Source of the DNA: an uncultured virus (IMG/VR IMGVR_UViG_3300042526_000595)
Lineage: Duplodnaviria > Heunggongvirae > Uroviricota > Caudoviricetes
Length of the DNA: 20,000 nucleotides
Virus record (IMG/VR): IMGVR_UViG_3300042526_000595
Coordinates: 53,870-73,869 of that record
Direction: 5' to 3' (one strand)
Numbering within the stretch: the stretch's first letter is position 1; each line of letters begins with the position of its first letter. This document shows positions 1 to 9,459 of the stretch, one piece after another. Below the pieces are notes generated by a model. The model ran no database searches. It had not been told where the DNA came from and was given only the letters and a program-made list of their open reading frames with translations. Position numbers and translations under genes: made by a program.

Positions 1-531
1 TATATGATAGATAAGACGGAGGGTTTAGAGGATGAAGAATCTTTTAAATATGAGATATCATTACCGGTTGATAGTTTAAACCTTAGAAACCATTTTAAAT
101 TTCAAAATGATGATGAATTATTTTCATTTTTATATGAAGAATTTCCAATGGAAATATTTGGTCATTCACAATCTTCGGAATATTCAACTTTCACCGATTT
201 AAATGAAGTGTATGTAAATTTGAGAGACAACCACGAATTATTAATTGTGTCTGACGAAATTGGTAGGTCTAAACCAGCATCATTATTTTTCTTATCAAAA
301 TTTGGTTGTTTATTAGAAAAAGTGAAATTTTATAGTAATTCCACAATAAATTCTATGTGGAACGAAATTGATGTTTTACTTACATCAAATCCTACCTTAT
401 TATTAGAACATCCTTCAGATAAAATATTAATAAAATTTGAGACGGAGTACAATAAAGAGATTAACACAATCCATTCAATAACATCAATTAAAGAATTGGA
501 CGATAAATTAAAAAAAATTATAGAATGTTAA
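1..531 (+). CDS. 5'(3')-deoxyribonucleotidase (NT5C/HAD)-like protein, probably N-terminally truncated by the window edge, catalytic motif degenerate
   Basis: Frame is open from base 1. C-terminal EIDVLLTSNP...ILIKFETEYNK resembles the NT5C pattern D-h-h-h-D-D-x-P...F-x-x-x-Y-N, but the DD pair is replaced by TS. HAD motif I is not in the window. Confidence 0.5.
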   Translation, partial: YMIDKTEGLEDEESFKYEISLPVDSLNLRNHFKFQNDDELFSFLYEEFPMEIFGHSQSSEYSTFTDLNEVYVNLRDNHELLIVSDEIGRSKPASLFFLSKFGCLLEKVKFYSNSTINSMWNEIDVLLTSNPTLLLEHPSDKILIKFETEYNKEINTIHSITSIKELDDKLKKIIEC

Positions 532-800
532 AAGTATTAGGTGAAAATTATTATTTGGATTTAGATAAAATTGATGCTTATGTTCAAATAGAAGAGAAAG
601 TATCGTCATCCGGAGAAACAGAGGGCACGGCAATTAGTATTATAAAATACGAAACAATTAAATTAATGTTAGAAATTATAATGGACGAGCAGGAAGAAAT
701 TGATGATAAATTAGGTATTAAAGGTATTAGTCAATTATCAATTCCGTTTAAATTAGCCTTTAACACTTTATTATATAAAAATTTACTAAATAAATTATAA
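525..800 (+). CDS. hypothetical protein (91 aa)
   Basis: ORF overlaps the upstream gene by 7 nt and ends 4 nt before the next gene; operon-like packing. Confidence 0.75.
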   Translation: MLKVLGENYYLDLDKIDAYVQIEEKVSSSGETEGTAISIIKYETIKLMLEIIMDEQEEIDDKLGIKGISQLSIPFKLAFNTLLYKNLLNKL

Positions 801-804
801 CACA

Positions 805-1866
805 ATGACACAAGAACAAATTTCAAAAATAGAGAAATCTATAGAGAACATGAAAGATAAGAAATCAAGAATTTATCTTTTGGTTCAAGACACTAAAGGT
901 AATGCAAAAGCTTCCTTATCTTATATCTATAATTTAGGTATATCATTATTAAACGAAGGTTATAATGTAATTATGTTACACGAAAAATCTGACTACACAG
1001 GAGTTCAAAGTTGGTTAGGTCAAGAGTACATGGATTTATTACCTCATAAACCAATTGAAGGTGAAAATTTAGAAGTTTCTCCTGAAGACTTTATTATTTT
1101 ACCAGAACTTTACGGATTTGTAATGAGTCAAATCTCCAAGTTACCTTGTGGTAAAATAGTATTATGTCAAGCATATGACCACATATTAGAAACTTTACAA
1201 CCAGGTCAAACTTGGTCACAATTAGGGTTTTTTAAATGTATAACAACATCAGAGATTCAAAAAGAATATTTAGAAAATATTATGAGAAATGTATCATTTG
1301 ATATATTAAAACCTTTTATCTCCGATGAATTTACTCCAAACACATTACCATCAAAACCAATAATTGCAATACATGCGAGAGACCAAAGAGATTCCACTAA
1401 CATAATAAAATCTTTTTATATTAAATTCCCCCAATATAGATGGGTAACATTTAGAGATATGAGAGGGTTATCAGAAACTGAATTTGCTAAAGCATTAAAA
1501 GAATGTTTCCTTTCTGTGTGGATTGATGAAACAAGTTCATACGGTACTTTCCCTTTAGAATCTATGAAATGTAATGTTCCGGTTTTAGGGTTAGCACCTA
1601 ATTTAGTACCTGAATGGATGAATGAAGATAATGGTGTTTGGATTAATAATAAAATACAAATTGTTGATTATATTTCTGACTTTTTACAAAATTGGTTAGA
1701 AGATAGTATTAACGAAAATTTAGAAGGTGAAATGTTAAAAACCGTTGGAACTCTATCTACCAAAGAAACTTTCAACTCTGAAGTTATAAACCTTTTTGAA
1801 AGATACTTGTCTGTTAGATTAGAATCATTTGAAGAACAATTATCTAAACTAGAAACAATAGAATAA
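805..1866 (+). CDS. GT-B fold glycosyltransferase, family 4-like (Glycos_transf_1)
   Basis: C-terminal ETSSYGTFPLESMKCNVPVLG matches the GT4 signature (E-x-F-G-x-x-x-x-E-A-M-x-x-G-x-P-V); 353 aa. Confidence 0.8.
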   Translation: MTQEQISKIEKSIENMKDKKSRIYLLVQDTKGNAKASLSYIYNLGISLLNEGYNVIMLHEKSDYTGVQSWLGQEYMDLLPHKPIEGENLEVSPEDFIILPELYGFVMSQISKLPCGKIVLCQAYDHILETLQPGQTWSQLGFFKCITTSEIQKEYLENIMRNVSFDILKPFISDEFTPNTLPSKPIIAIHARDQRDSTNIIKSFYIKFPQYRWVTFRDMRGLSETEFAKALKECFLSVWIDETSSYGTFPLESMKCNVPVLGLAPNLVPEWMNEDNGVWINNKIQIVDYISDFLQNWLEDSINENLEGEMLKTVGTLSTKETFNSEVINLFERYLSVRLESFEEQLSKLETIE

Positions 1867-1867
1867 T

Positions 1868-2680
1868 ATGGAAGAAACTAAAACATTTGATGTATCCGTA
1901 ATATTACCAATAAAATCAGGTAAAACATTAGGATTTGCAGAGTATTTTGAAAAATGTATACTATCATTACAAAATCAAAAAGTAGAAATAAATGAACTAA
2001 TAATTGTTCATACTAACGAAAGTTATTTGACCGATTATTTAAATGAGTTTGACTTTGGAAGTTTAACGGTTAAAAAATATGAATGGACTAAAGACCCTAA
2101 CTACGCCGACCAAATAAACTATGGTGTTAGAAATTCAAATTCAGAATGGGTCTCATTGTTTGAATTTGATGATGAGTATTCCAGTATTTGGTTTAAAAAT
2201 GTTAACCTTTACAGTGAGGTGTATCCCGATGTAAATGCGTTTTTACCAATCGTTGTAGATACTGACGAATCAGGTAAATTTGCCGGATTCACAAATGAAG
2301 CAACTTTTGCGGCCAATTTTACTGAAGAAATGGGTGTATTAACTAATGAAACATTACTTGACTATCAAAATTTCCAAACATCAGGTATGGTGATTAAAAA
2401 ATCATCATTTATTGATTTTGGATTAATTAAGTCATCATTTAAATTAACCTTTGGTTATGAATTCTTTTTAAGAATGACACATAACTCGGTAAAAATTATA
2501 TCAATCCCAAAAATAGGTTATAAACATACAAATTTAAGACAAGGGTCTATTTTTTGGAATTATAAAAATGGTGAAAATGTGTTAACCGATGATGAGATTA
2601 AGTTTTGGATTGATTCAGCAAAAAAAGAATATTTCTTTATTAATGATAGAAACATAAAATACGAACCTCAAGAAGTTTAA
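1868..2680 (+). CDS. GT-A fold glycosyltransferase, family 2-like
   Basis: N-terminal VSVILPI, then CILSLQNQ...ELIIV, and NYADQINYGV...EWVSLFEFDDEY where GT2 has N-x-G...N-x-G...h-D-x-D-D. Confidence 0.8.
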   Translation: MEETKTFDVSVILPIKSGKTLGFAEYFEKCILSLQNQKVEINELIIVHTNESYLTDYLNEFDFGSLTVKKYEWTKDPNYADQINYGVRNSNSEWVSLFEFDDEYSSIWFKNVNLYSEVYPDVNAFLPIVVDTDESGKFAGFTNEATFAANFTEEMGVLTNETLLDYQNFQTSGMVIKKSSFIDFGLIKSSFKLTFGYEFFLRMTHNSVKIISIPKIGYKHTNLRQGSIFWNYKNGENVLTDDEIKFWIDSAKKEYFFINDRNIKYEPQEV

Positions 2681-3429
2681 TGAGTGAAATAGTTAATTTA
2701 ACAGGAGATACCGTTGTTGAGTTAAAAAAGAAAGGTAGAAAACCAACTCAATTAAATTACTTTGATGTTCGGGAAGAATTAGCGGTTGTTAGATTTCTAG
2801 CAACCGATAATTATGAAGAAAGAAATAAAATTTATAATGAGTTTTTAAAACAACCTTTAGATAAGATGATATCCTCGATTATTCGTAGATATAAATTATA
2901 TAGAAAAGATATGGATTTCACAGAAATTCATGTAGATACTCATTCATTTTTAATGACCAAGATTGAAAAATTTAAACCTTCCAGAGAAAAGAAGGCGTAT
3001 TCTTATTTTGGTACCATATGTAAAAATTATTTAATGGGTCAAATCATTAAAGACCAAAAAGAAACAAATAGAAAAATATCATACGAGGATATTTCAACAA
3101 GTATTGAAAATAATGAAATGTTTTCATATAGCATAGAAAACGATGGATTAGACCCCGAAAGAATTATCAGACATTTTTTGTTAGATTTAGAAAAATTTAT
3201 TAAAGATGGTAACCTGTCAGAAAATGAAGTTAAACTAGGTCATGCATTATACGAAATATTTGAGAATTACGATAAAATTTTTGTAGGAAATGATAATAAT
3301 AAATTTAACAAAAACATTATTTTATTATCGTTGAGAGAGATGACAAACTTAACAACAAAAGAAATTAGAGGGTCTATGAAAAAATTTAAAAATATGTATT
3401 TGGTGTTAATTCAAAATATGGTTAAATAA
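2680..3429 (+). CDS. gp55: phage RNA polymerase sigma factor, T4 gp55-like (late transcription)
   Basis: KIEKFKPSREKKAYSYFGTICKNYL resembles sigma region 2 of gp55-like factors (F-x-P...A/P-F/Y-x-Y-F-x-x-I). Start overlaps the GT2 stop (TAATG). Confidence 0.7.
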   Translation: MSEIVNLTGDTVVELKKKGRKPTQLNYFDVREELAVVRFLATDNYEERNKIYNEFLKQPLDKMISSIIRRYKLYRKDMDFTEIHVDTHSFLMTKIEKFKPSREKKAYSYFGTICKNYLMGQIIKDQKETNRKISYEDISTSIENNEMFSYSIENDGLDPERIIRHFLLDLEKFIKDGNLSENEVKLGHALYEIFENYDKIFVGNDNNKFNKNIILLSLREMTNLTTKEIRGSMKKFKNMYLVLIQNMVK

Positions 3430-3442
3430 ATTACACACCTAA

Positions 3443-3450
3443 ATATTTAT
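3443..3450 (+). promoter_or_regulatory. ATATTTAT putative phage late promoter motif
   Basis: Intergenic, 4 nt before the ATG at 3455; the same motif precedes seven other genes on their sense strand. Confidence 0.6.
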
Positions 3451-3454
3451 CATT

Positions 3455-3835
3455 ATGGGAAGACCGAAAAAAAACGAAATTAATTTATCAAAAGAATCAA
3501 TGTTATCATTGATGCAAGAAATCTATAATGAATTAGTTGAACAGAGAAATACCGCAATTAGAATTCAAAATAAAATGTTAACAATGATGAAGGAACCGGA
3601 AGATATGACTATCATAGGGCCTGTGATTGAGAAACAACAAAAAATAATTAATGATTGTGTTGAGAAAAAATTAACTCTTTCTAAACTCCAATCCGGTATG
3701 TGGGAAAAATCTAATAACAATAATAATAACGAAAGTTTTTCTATTACTGATTTAGGTGATGACGACGATTTATTAAAAACCTTAATTGAAAAAGACATAT
3801 CCAAAAGTTCTGATTCTTATAAAATGAAAAAATAA
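3455..3835 (+). CDS. hypothetical helical/coiled-coil protein (126 aa)
   Basis: ORF directly after the motif; helical heptad-like N-terminal two-thirds. Confidence 0.75.
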   Translation: MGRPKKNEINLSKESMLSLMQEIYNELVEQRNTAIRIQNKMLTMMKEPEDMTIIGPVIEKQQKIINDCVEKKLTLSKLQSGMWEKSNNNNNNESFSITDLGDDDDLLKTLIEKDISKSSDSYKMKK

Positions 3836-3841
3836 TTTAAA

Positions 3842-5764
3842 ATGGGATTAGATTTAAACTTTGACTATAATTCTGTTCAAAATAAAATAAATGCAACAAA
3901 ATCATATACCGATTTAAAAGGTCAGTATGATGATACTACTAAAAAAGCGGGTGAATCATTTGAGAAAGCAAAATCAGACGTTACCGGTCAAATCCAAAAT
4001 TTAAAAAATCAATCTAAAAGATATCAAAAAGAGATTAAAACTCAACTTGAACAACTATTAGATATTAACAAAATCACTGGTGGTAAGGGAGGGAATTCAA
4101 CTAAATATGTTAAAAGATTATTTTTAACAGCCCTTAAAAATATTGAACCTAAAATCGCTAAAATTTTATCTGAAGAGGCTTTAAATGCTGTTGGATGTGA
4201 CCAACAGCAATCTTTTAGTGCTCAAACTATCTATATTAAAGTTAAGTCCATTGATTTAATCAATCTTTTAAAATTATCACCAACTGAAGATGATGGAAAA
4301 CCATTGTACGAAAAACAACCAATATCTGTACAAAATTATCCATTTGCAATGAATAAAGAATTATACGAATTAATTCAAAATGGTAATCCATATTCAACTA
4401 CTAATGGTCAATTATATAAAGGACAATCGGGTAAAGATTTATTTGATATTCAATATGTTGAACAAAACAATTTAGGTCTTACTGGACCTTGGTACAAAGT
4501 AACTTTAAAAGACCGTATTGGGATTGGGGGCGGAACACCAAATAAAGTCGGTGAATTTATGGTAGATTATTTCAAAACAATTAGAGTTGTTGATACCACA
4601 AATATAATGGCAAATATTATGGAAGCCTTATCAGGGGCGGTTTCAATAAAAGCCAACGCTGGTATTGGTCAAATTGGTGACCAAACTAAATTTGGAGCAA
4701 TTGTTCAAAGAATATTAGGGTTATGTTTTGATAATAGAAAAGAAATTGATGTTAGTGGAATTGCCAAATTAGCCGATTTAGATGGTGTTGATGAATCATT
4801 TTTTGAATTTAATGAAATTGATTTAAGAAAAATAGAACAGACAATCACAAATATAAAAAATGGGGTTATAGAATTTGAAGGATGTGATAACATTAAAGTT
4901 CCTGTGAATGCAAATGCAATTTTTGAAGATTTAAATAATTTAAATTTTGTATCCGATAATGATTTGGTTGATGCGATGGATAATTTAACCAATTCGTTAA
5001 TTAATGACCCTGTTTGGGGTTTATCACCTCAAATAGATGTGCAAGCGGCGGTTGATTTTAATTTTATAAAATTAATGTGTCAAGGAATTGCGTCATCATT
5101 ATTATCTCCAAAAATATTATTGCCAATTTACATTATGTTAAAATCTTTAGGTCAATCAGCGGTTGATTTAATTAATTCTTTTATGACTTTTATTAAAGAA
5201 TTTAAAAAATTTGCAATTAATGTTATCTCAAAAGTTGGTGCGATTTTTATTGAAGAATTATTTGAATTGATTAAAAGAGACATTATGGTATTAATTCAGA
5301 AAGTAGTTACTGATTTAATAAAAGAAAAAATTAATAAAAGATTAACGATGATTTTAAAATTAGTACAATTATTATTAATTGTGTCAAGTTTTATTAGTGA
5401 TTGGAGACGATGTAAAAGCGTTGTTGATGAAATATTATCAATGTTATCGTTAATAACATCATCAATACCTGGTCTTGGTGGTGGAATACCATTACCATTA
5501 TTATTCGCCTCACAATTATTGGACGGGTATTCAGCATCAAGAGCTTTTATTGGTTCTATTGAGGAATTCCAAAAAATTGGGGTCCCAACAGGTGCATTAC
5601 CAGATGGGAGTCCAAATTTAGACATATTATCAAAATTTGGACAAATGAAAGCTATGGCAAATGAAGAAGATTCAAATGGTAAATTAGAGATAGCTATAGG
5701 ACCATTAACAATGACACCAGCAGGTTTAACTATCCCATCTAAAGCCTCCGGAAAAAAAATATAA
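3842..5764 (+). CDS. hypothetical protein (640 aa), probably baseplate/tail associated
   Basis: Long ORF in the same operon as the spike gene; N-terminal coiled coil and hydrophobic helices in the C-terminal third. Function is inferred from context only. Confidence 0.6.
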   Translation: MGLDLNFDYNSVQNKINATKSYTDLKGQYDDTTKKAGESFEKAKSDVTGQIQNLKNQSKRYQKEIKTQLEQLLDINKITGGKGGNSTKYVKRLFLTALKNIEPKIAKILSEEALNAVGCDQQQSFSAQTIYIKVKSIDLINLLKLSPTEDDGKPLYEKQPISVQNYPFAMNKELYELIQNGNPYSTTNGQLYKGQSGKDLFDIQYVEQNNLGLTGPWYKVTLKDRIGIGGGTPNKVGEFMVDYFKTIRVVDTTNIMANIMEALSGAVSIKANAGIGQIGDQTKFGAIVQRILGLCFDNRKEIDVSGIAKLADLDGVDESFFEFNEIDLRKIEQTITNIKNGVIEFEGCDNIKVPVNANAIFEDLNNLNFVSDNDLVDAMDNLTNSLINDPVWGLSPQIDVQAAVDFNFIKLMCQGIASSLLSPKILLPIYIMLKSLGQSAVDLINSFMTFIKEFKKFAINVISKVGAIFIEELFELIKRDIMVLIQKVVTDLIKEKINKRLTMILKLVQLLLIVSSFISDWRRCKSVVDEILSMLSLITSSIPGLGGGIPLPLLFASQLLDGYSASRAFIGSIEEFQKIGVPTGALPDGSPNLDILSKFGQMKAMANEEDSNGKLEIAIGPLTMTPAGLTIPSKASGKKI

Positions 5765-5766
5765 TT

Positions 5767-5982
5767 ATGACAAAAATAGAAGAATCAGAAAAGGCGTTAG
5801 ATATTATAAAAAATTATAAATCTTCATCAAACAAAGATTTAATTTTTGTTATGGATTTTATCCAAGAAGATTTTAAATTAACAAAAGAAACTATTATCAA
5901 ATTAACAGAACATTTAGATAAGGTTGAGGTTACCTATAACACAATTTTAAAAGAATATCAAAAAAGAACAAATACTAAATAA
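5767..5982 (+). CDS. hypothetical protein (71 aa)
   Basis: Tightly packed ORF; its stop overlaps the next start (TAATG). Confidence 0.7.
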   Translation: MTKIEESEKALDIIKNYKSSSNKDLIFVMDFIQEDFKLTKETIIKLTEHLDKVEVTYNTILKEYQKRTNTK

Positions 5983-7556
5983 TGCAAATAGATAGTCAAA
6001 ATAAGTATCAAATATTATTTGCCGGTAGAGTATATGATAACCAAGACCCCACTATGCTTGGTCGTTTACGTGTTTTACCTGAAAGTAAAGATTATTCGGC
6101 CATAATAGGAGCTGTCCCAAATTGGTCTGAAGAGACTGATAAATGGACAAGTAAAGACCCAATTGTTTTTATACCATTATTACCTTTCTACATTAGTCAA
6201 ACACCTAAAATTGATGAATATGTTCATATCATTTATATGAACAAACAATTCCCAAATCAAAATCAATTTTACATTCAAGGACCATTTTCTTCGCCAACAA
6301 AAACATCATTTGAGCAATTTAATGGTGCTCAAAAATTTTTAGCGTCAGGTGATAAAATAAAAGAGGGGATATCAATTAAAAATCAAAATGGTGAATATAG
6401 AAACCCAACTTTAAATAAGGGTATTTATCCTGAACCAGGAGATAACGCTTTATTGGGTAGAGGTTCAGCTGATGTCGTTGTAAAACAAAATGAGGTGTTA
6501 ATTCGCGCTGGTAAATCAAAACCTCTTACCGGAGCATTACCTGAAGTTAACACAAAAAGAGGGTTTTTACAATTATCTAATTTCTCAACACAAGAAATTC
6601 CTGGTACACCAACAATGGACACTAGGTTTGAGGAAGTTGTTGATATGGTTAAAAAAATGATAATATGGGATGTGTCATCAACATTAGAAAGTAATTCTAA
6701 TTTTACTGGAACCGTTAGTTTACATAATGTAATACCAAGTATTTCTGTTAATACTAAAAATTTTAAACCGGAAAGTATTACATCTTTAAGTGTTGGTACT
6801 AACTATACAAATGCCGTTGAGAGTTATTCTTTTGTTGGTGATGACTTTGATACTTGTATCAATAAAATTAATAAATTTATTTCTTCCGTTTTTGATGGTC
6901 ATATTGATATTCCGGGATATGCGGTTAAAAACCCCCAAAATTTTGTAAAGGGGGCTAATTTACCTTTAATTGTTACTCCATCAAAATTATCCTATGAAAT
7001 AGGTAATAACACTAACCCAAACACTACAAATATAACCGCTATCACAAATTACATTAAATTTTACTCTAAAATTAAATGTAATTCAACTCAAACAAAAACC
7101 GGTTTTTTCCTAATATCCACAACAAATTCAAAAGGAGCACCATTTATTGGTCCACAATTTGATAAAAAAGAAGAGATTTCAATATTAAATGATTTCAATA
7201 ATTCTGATATAACTTATGGAATATTGGGTAGTCAAAGAGTTTATTTATTGTCTCACGATTCAACAGGACCAAAAGGTTTAATTGATTTATCTGACACTCT
7301 TTATGGTATTCCCCAAGATAGATTTGTTAGAGGTGAGGGAAGTATTCTTAATAAAACTTACCCTGTTGTTAGAGGAGACCAATTGATGATATTACTCCGA
7401 AAAATGTTTGCTTTTGTTACGGGTCACGTACACCCAACGGCGACAATGGCTCCGGTTCCGGTGGCATCTGGTAATGGACAAACTAGTTTTGAGGTAGAAA
7501 GTATTTTAGCCAATGCGGAAAATGACATACTAAATCAAAATATTCGAATTAATTGA
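5982..7556 (+). CDS. baseplate hub/central spike protein, gp5/gpV/VgrG OB-fold type
   Basis: N-terminal GRVYDNQDPTMLGRLRV and PLLP...PKIDEYV fit the gp5 OB-fold; C-terminal PVVRGDQL...GHVHP has the HxH metal-binding spike-tip motif. Confidence 0.75.
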   Translation: MQIDSQNKYQILFAGRVYDNQDPTMLGRLRVLPESKDYSAIIGAVPNWSEETDKWTSKDPIVFIPLLPFYISQTPKIDEYVHIIYMNKQFPNQNQFYIQGPFSSPTKTSFEQFNGAQKFLASGDKIKEGISIKNQNGEYRNPTLNKGIYPEPGDNALLGRGSADVVVKQNEVLIRAGKSKPLTGALPEVNTKRGFLQLSNFSTQEIPGTPTMDTRFEEVVDMVKKMIIWDVSSTLESNSNFTGTVSLHNVIPSISVNTKNFKPESITSLSVGTNYTNAVESYSFVGDDFDTCINKINKFISSVFDGHIDIPGYAVKNPQNFVKGANLPLIVTPSKLSYEIGNNTNPNTTNITAITNYIKFYSKIKCNSTQTKTGFFLISTTNSKGAPFIGPQFDKKEEISILNDFNNSDITYGILGSQRVYLLSHDSTGPKGLIDLSDTLYGIPQDRFVRGEGSILNKTYPVVRGDQLMILLRKMFAFVTGHVHPTATMAPVPVASGNGQTSFEVESILANAENDILNQNIRIN

Positions 7557-7564
7557 TATTTATA
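7555..7564 (+). promoter_or_regulatory. GATATTTATA putative phage late promoter motif
   Basis: Overlaps the upstream TGA; the ATATTTAT core ends 15 nt before the ATG at 7579. Confidence 0.6.
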
Positions 7565-7578
7565 AGTAAAACACTTAA

Positions 7579-9054
7579 ATGTCAATTAATAACTCATATT
7601 TTAGCAAGAACAATACCCTTACTTCAAATAGCTTTGTAAATACTGGAAGAAATCCGGTTACCGAGCTTTTTTATGGTTCAGTTATTAGTTCTCAATACCC
7701 AAACGGGTATAGTAGATTTATCTTTGATTTAGATTTAACCTTATTAACTCAAAAAGTTTCTGATGGTACAATAAGTTTAAATTGTGGTGAACTTCCAACA
7801 CATACTTTAAGAATGGTGAATACCTCATCATTTAATGAAGAACTATTAAATACTACCACATCTCAAGGTAGAATGAGAGCCACTTCATTTGATTTAATTT
7901 TATTTAGAATACCATATATTGATAATGACCCTGACCAACCCCAAGTTTGGGATGAAGGTGTTGGGTATGATTTTGCCGATTTAATTTACGATTATAGTCC
8001 ATCAGATAAAAACTTTTCTGATAGAGCATCAAATTGGTTTCAAACAACCACTATTGGTACTTGGGAAGAAGAAGGTATATATAATAATCAAAACATTGGT
8101 AATGTTCCTTATAGTGGGTTAACCATTGTTGATACCCAACATTTTGAATTTGGTAATGAAAATGTTAGTTTTAATATGTCGGACGAAATTAATGCTATAT
8201 TAACCGGTCAATTAACTAATGTTTCAGGATGGGGAATTGCTTACAAACCACAAGTTGAGAACATAACAGGTATTACCGATAACTACGAAGTTCAATTTTT
8301 TACTCGTCATACACAAACATTTTACGAACCATTTTTAGAAACATCTTACGATGATTTAATTCAAGATGATAGAAATTTATTTAGTTTGGGAAAAGTAAAT
8401 AAATTATACCTATATCTTTTTGATAATGGTAATCCGATTAATTTAGATAATAATCCAATGGTGGATATTTTAGATTCGACAGGTACTGAAATATCTGGTC
8501 TAATTGGTCTTAGTACTTGTCAAAAAACTAAAGGTGTGTATGAAGTTATTATCCCTCCTCTTTTAGGTTATAAAACACCTTGCACATTTTCTGATAGATG
8601 GTATAATTTAAATTTAAACGGATTTGGATTACCTCAAATGACTAACGATTTTGTTATATACCCATTAAAAAATTCAATTCAAATGGGGGTTGTTTCATCT
8701 GAACCTAAATTATATGGTTTTGACTTTTATGGTTTAAAACAAGATGAAAAAATATATAATACCGACATGAGAAAAGTTGGTGTGGTTATTAAACAAGCAT
8801 ATTCTACACAAAAATTATTGCAAAATGTTAGTGCGTATTATAGAATTTATGTTAGAGAAGGTCAAACAGAAGTTCAAGTACAAGATTGGACAAAAATTAA
8901 TCGAACACCAAATGAATATTATTTTATGTTCGACACAAGAGATAAAATACCAAATGAATATTACATAGATATAAAAGTCGAAAGTAGTGGGGAAATAAAC
9001 ACTTACAAAAAACAAATCAAATTTCAGATTGTTAATGTAAAATATTCAGAATAA
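7579..9054 (+). CDS. putative virion structural protein (491 aa, beta-rich)
   Basis: Long ORF after the spike gene with its own motif; beta-strand-like pattern with an Ig-like-looking C-terminus (GVYEV...YYIDIKV). Confidence 0.55.
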   Translation: MSINNSYFSKNNTLTSNSFVNTGRNPVTELFYGSVISSQYPNGYSRFIFDLDLTLLTQKVSDGTISLNCGELPTHTLRMVNTSSFNEELLNTTTSQGRMRATSFDLILFRIPYIDNDPDQPQVWDEGVGYDFADLIYDYSPSDKNFSDRASNWFQTTTIGTWEEEGIYNNQNIGNVPYSGLTIVDTQHFEFGNENVSFNMSDEINAILTGQLTNVSGWGIAYKPQVENITGITDNYEVQFFTRHTQTFYEPFLETSYDDLIQDDRNLFSLGKVNKLYLYLFDNGNPINLDNNPMVDILDSTGTEISGLIGLSTCQKTKGVYEVIIPPLLGYKTPCTFSDRWYNLNLNGFGLPQMTNDFVIYPLKNSIQMGVVSSEPKLYGFDFYGLKQDEKIYNTDMRKVGVVIKQAYSTQKLLQNVSAYYRIYVREGQTEVQVQDWTKINRTPNEYYFMFDTRDKIPNEYYIDIKVESSGEINTYKKQIKFQIVNVKYSE

Positions 9055-9057
9055 ATG

Positions 9058-9071
9058 GATATTTATAAATA
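9058..9071 (+). promoter_or_regulatory. GATATTTATA putative late promoter motif overlapping palindrome TATTTATAAATA
   Basis: Intergenic; core ends 12 nt before the ATG at 9079. Confidence 0.6.
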
Positions 9072-9078
9072 AAAAATT

Positions 9079-9444
9079 ATGGCAAATATATATTACTCAG
9101 GGACATCTTGTATTGATGATTCACCAATTGAACTTATTTCGGTTGAGGGTCTTTTAACCGGAAAAACATATCAAGATACTAATTTAAATTGTATTTCATT
9201 GGATTTTAGCGCGTCTACAACCGGAGAAACTAATACAACATTCGTATATGGTCCGTTCGACGATTGTACCGAGTGTAATGCTCCACTATCAGCAGGAACT
9301 GAATATAATGTATGTGTATTAGATTGTAGTGGTAACACTATATCTATAATACCCCCTCATCCGACTTATACAAATGGATTAGGTAAAGCGGTAGTTCAAT
9401 TAAACGCAATTGCGTTAGGAGGAATAAACGGATTAAACAATTAA
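9079..9444 (+). CDS. small Cys/Ser/Thr/Gly-rich protein, probably virion associated
   Basis: 121 aa, six Cys including CTEC and CVLDC; follows the motif. Confidence 0.7.
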   Translation: MANIYYSGTSCIDDSPIELISVEGLLTGKTYQDTNLNCISLDFSASTTGETNTTFVYGPFDDCTECNAPLSAGTEYNVCVLDCSGNTISIIPPHPTYTNGLGKAVVQLNAIALGGINGLNN

Positions 9445-9459
9445 AAATAAATAAAAATT

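Noticed and set aside
3713..3730. AAT/AAC run encoding six Asn
   Set aside because: Short, imperfect, in-frame low-complexity linker; no sign of phase variation.
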